This document shows, piece by piece, positions 60,993-64,000 of a stretch of 64,000 bases of DNA. The notes beneath the pieces were generated by a model, which searched no databases, was not told the DNA's origin, and saw only the letters and a list, made by a program, of their open reading frames with translations. A program made the translations under genes and the position numbers. How positions within the stretch are numbered: the stretch's first letter is position 1; each line of letters opens with the position of its first letter. The stretch is from Sarea resinae (lineage: Eukaryota), in assembly GCA_026026165.1 (NCBI GenBank), contig JAPEUD010000001.1, positions 806,001 through 870,000 on the forward strand, written 5' to 3'.

Positions 60993-63055
60993 GACTCTGG
61001 ATGGTCAAGGTTGTGGCTTGGCGTGTGAGATAAAGTCGAGTAATTCGAGATCAGAAGGTTCTTGTGATAGATGCCTCCGATTCGTAAATACCCTCGCGCC
61101 AAGTGTTTGTCCTCAGAAGGAGTGTAGATGCCTAACAACTACCCCCAACTTCTATTCCCGGAGAGGTGCTCCGCCCTCCCCGTAGTCCACCAATCCAATG
61201 ACTTCACCAGTAGCTATCCAGCGAGGATGGCGATGATGAATCACGAAGCGTGAGCTGACAAAGCTGGAAGAGTGCTGATGTTGAGATTGGCTCCAGGGCT
61301 GGAGGGTTTGGCAGTTGCGAACAACTACCGAGAGCGGTGGGAAATGCGAATGGTTTGTATGAGAAGGGTATCGAAGAAGATTCACCGCGCTTAAGAAGGG
61401 CAAAAGATGTGGTGTGGTGTAGTCGTCAAAAGAATCTACTTTGACTCCGCAGAAGTGACTGGATGATCGATGAGGTGACTGTTGAATGCTGCCTGCTCCA
61501 CGAGATGCTGTCAGCCAAGTCTTTGCTATCCGCTCGTGTCTTTGATGCCGAGTGGATGGATGATGGATAGTAGTTTGGGTCAAGGACAAGGTGATAAACG
61601 GACCGGCTCAAAGTAGCTTGACAACGGAGGTCTCGGGCAAGTGCGTGGAAGAGAATTGAAGCGAGCGAGCTGATCACGGCGCGCAGCAATGGTAGGCAGC
61701 TCCTTGGTTTGTCTCCTCAAATGGAGAGCCAAATGCGAGGCGAGGAAGACTTGTCGAATGGCTGGCAGAAGTCGTGGGCGCTTTCGATGATATATCGAAA
61801 TAGTGCGAAAGCTTTCTTTCTGTCGGGACGGGTCGGGACAGGTCTGGCGTGCACGAGGAAAGTCAAGCCGAGGGAATATCGAACAGAGGTTTGCAAGTGC
61901 ACAAGACTGACGGACGACAGACTCGAACGAACAGAGGAGGAAGCCGAGGCCACGAAAGCTGACGGGAGAGGATGATGACCTACGCTGGCGGAGGCGCACG
62001 AGGGGAGGAGGGAAGGAAAGGATAGGGCAAGAAGTTCACGTCGAGAGTGAGTGTTAGGGTAGGTCGGCAGTAGTAGTAGCAGCGGCAGCAGTAAATGGAT
62101 GATCAGAACGAGAGAGAGCGAGCTTTTTTCTCTGCGCTAATGGTAGGCAGGAAGTCACTTTGCTCCTCACGGCAGTGAGCGGGTACGAGGAATTAGTAGC
62201 AGGCTGCCATATTCACGGCGAGTACCCCTCGTACCTTGGATACTGTGGTAACGGGTAACGAGAGCAAGCGAAATAATATCATTACCTTATTCGCATTGTG
62301 GAAGCGAAAGCAACATGACGATGATCATTGCAGTACAGCGCTGGCCCTCCATTCACAGCGACAGGTACGACTATGGATATTAGATCTGTACGTCGTACTT
62401 GAATCTGACCAAGCAACGAAAGGGCGGCGCTGACTCTGACCAGAGCTCAATGGTACCGTATCTACCTGATACTCTCCATGGCTGGCCGGCATCTTCTTGG
62501 GGCCGGGATTCTTCAATCAAGTACTTCGTAGTTCGTACAGCCATGGTAAGGTACTACTTCATACCTTCATGTCAAGCAAAGTGCCCCGGAACAAGGTACC
62601 AACGAGCTGGAAGTCTTTTGTGCCCTCTCCCCACCACGATACCATGGATGTCTACTGCTCCCTGGGCTGGTTGGTCCTCAAGGTGCAATGGAAACCTAAC
62701 AGCCGACCGTTGGAGCCTACCTACCTACCTTACCTGGGTAGCCGAGAAGCCCTTCACCCTTCACCCTTCACCTTTTCACCACCGGAAGGTCCAGTCGGGT
62801 ATACTTGACCTGTCTAGCTGTTTAGCTGAGCTGAGTGATCTTTCGAGCAGTCCTGGCCTTTCTTTACTGCCCAGCTTGTCAGGTTGCAGTTCCCACCCGG
62901 CGCACGGAACCTAATGAGGGGCAGGAGAACCTGCAATGCCAGGACCGACGGAGAAAGGACGACCATGGCCGATGGGGCAATGGGGCAATGGGGCAATGGC
63001 AACTGGAGACAGCGGCACACACGACAAGAGAGGTCAAGGTACAGCTCACCCCTTG

Positions 63056-63088
63056 CCCCTCACCCCTCACCCCTCACCCCTCACCCTC
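63056..63088. repeat. (CCCCTCA)n heptamer repeat
   Basis: About 4.5 units. Confidence 0.85.
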
Positions 63089-63846
63089 AGAGCTACCTCG
63101 CACACGAGCAGGCAGCCAGAGATATCTGAGGTACAGAAGTCTTCTCTACATGGTAGTACAGCGAGCAGGAGGGGAGAACAAAAGCAAATCAGGACCACCA
63201 CGGCAGGTGAGGGAGATAAGGTCCTCTTCGTACCTGAGTCATAATGCTCCTACGACTTCTGCAATGCATCCTAGCCCATGCGGGACAACGTAATGTGTAA
63301 TCCGTCTGTCATCCGTCTGCGTCTCGGCCCGCACTACAACTACCACGACTGACGGGTCATCGCCTTCCTAAACGCCGAGAGCGTGCGTGCCAAAGCCTCG
63401 AACGATTTGAGCGGTAGCAAATCAGATGCACCTGAATTGCATCTATGATGTTGTCGAAACCAGAAACCCATGTTCGACTTTCCAAGAAATGGGTCCCGGC
63501 CATCCTAAGTCTTCTCTCGCTGGACTTGATTGTCGCTTGAGCGCGACGACCAAAACCGGGATCATCGACTTACCTGATCAGGGATTTCCAGACCCATTCG
63601 GGCCGTCATAAGGCTGCCATCTATGGTGATACCAAACGTACTTCACCCACGCAATGACAATCCACAGTCCACATCAATGTGACGTATCTAGACAGTTTAG
63701 ACTCGCGACCTCTACCTACTAATAAGGAAGTCGAAACTGCTCGAGTAGAATATCATACTGATCCATTCGTTGTATGAAGCTCATTCTTTCTAGAAACCTT
63801 GGGTATCTACGAAGTCCGAATGCATCGCCGGTCAATCATATTCTAC

Positions 63847-63960
63847 TTAATCTAAGGTCTTGCCATTGGATTCCTCGTTTCGTGTCGGATCCATCTCCGA
63901 GTTCACTTTTCGAATGATCCTCGCCGGATTTCCTGCAACGACGTGAAAGGGTGGCACATC
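63847..63960 (-). CDS. Terminal exon of a hexapeptide-repeat O-acetyltransferase (maltose/galactoside acetyltransferase-like); rest lies beyond window
   Basis: After branch CTAAT and acceptor TTGCAG (63966-63961) the minus strand reads DVPPFHVVAGNPARIIRKVNSEMDPTRNEESNGKTLD*. DVP..VVAGNPAR is the C-terminal signature of this family. Confidence 0.8.
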   Translation of the reverse strand, partial: DVPPFHVVAGNPARIIRKVNSEMDPTRNEESNGKTLD

Positions 63961-64000
63961 CTGCAAGCCGATTAGAATGATACCAAGGTGGTCGGGGTTT

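Noticed and set aside
61990..62040. Pyrimidine tract upstream of the LARP gene as a 5'TOP autoregulatory element
   Set aside because: Similar CT-rich tracts precede several genes here, and the TSS is unknown.
1..64000. CRISPR array, transposon or secondary-metabolite cluster
   Set aside because: Repeats are simple tandem units without spacers, and no transposase, RT, PKS or NRPS motifs were seen.

Overview
Gene-dense, intron-containing nuclear DNA of a filamentous ascomycete (Pezizomycotina-type GT-AG introns with CTRAC branch sites; microsatellite-rich intergenic DNA). After manual splicing I can support 18 protein-coding loci. In order: 5'-partial SRPK-like kinase, DNA2, mitochondrial oxodicarboxylate carrier, SFT2, Rtg3/MITF-type bHLH factor, GFA/CENP-V protein, COX19, NPR3, THOC3/TEX1-type WD40 protein, RNase P/MRP p40 subunit, an orphan low-complexity protein, B-type cyclin, mitochondrial uL2, a Zn2Cys6 factor, a PTH11-like membrane protein, a conserved hypothetical protein, a LARP1-like protein with a DM15 region, and the last exon of a hexapeptide-repeat O-acetyltransferase that the ORF track misses. 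I see no transposon, tRNA, rRNA or CRISPR, and no biosynthetic cluster. The best leads for something undescribed are a ~350-nt highly base-paired intergenic segment (about 56200-56560, candidate ncRNA) and the orphan gene (about 31500-34287) with an AT-hook-like motif and internal repeats. Smaller leads are a recurrent TACGGAGTA intergenic motif and an in-frame intron splitting the kinase catalytic loop. All family calls come from motif recognition by eye; no searches were run.
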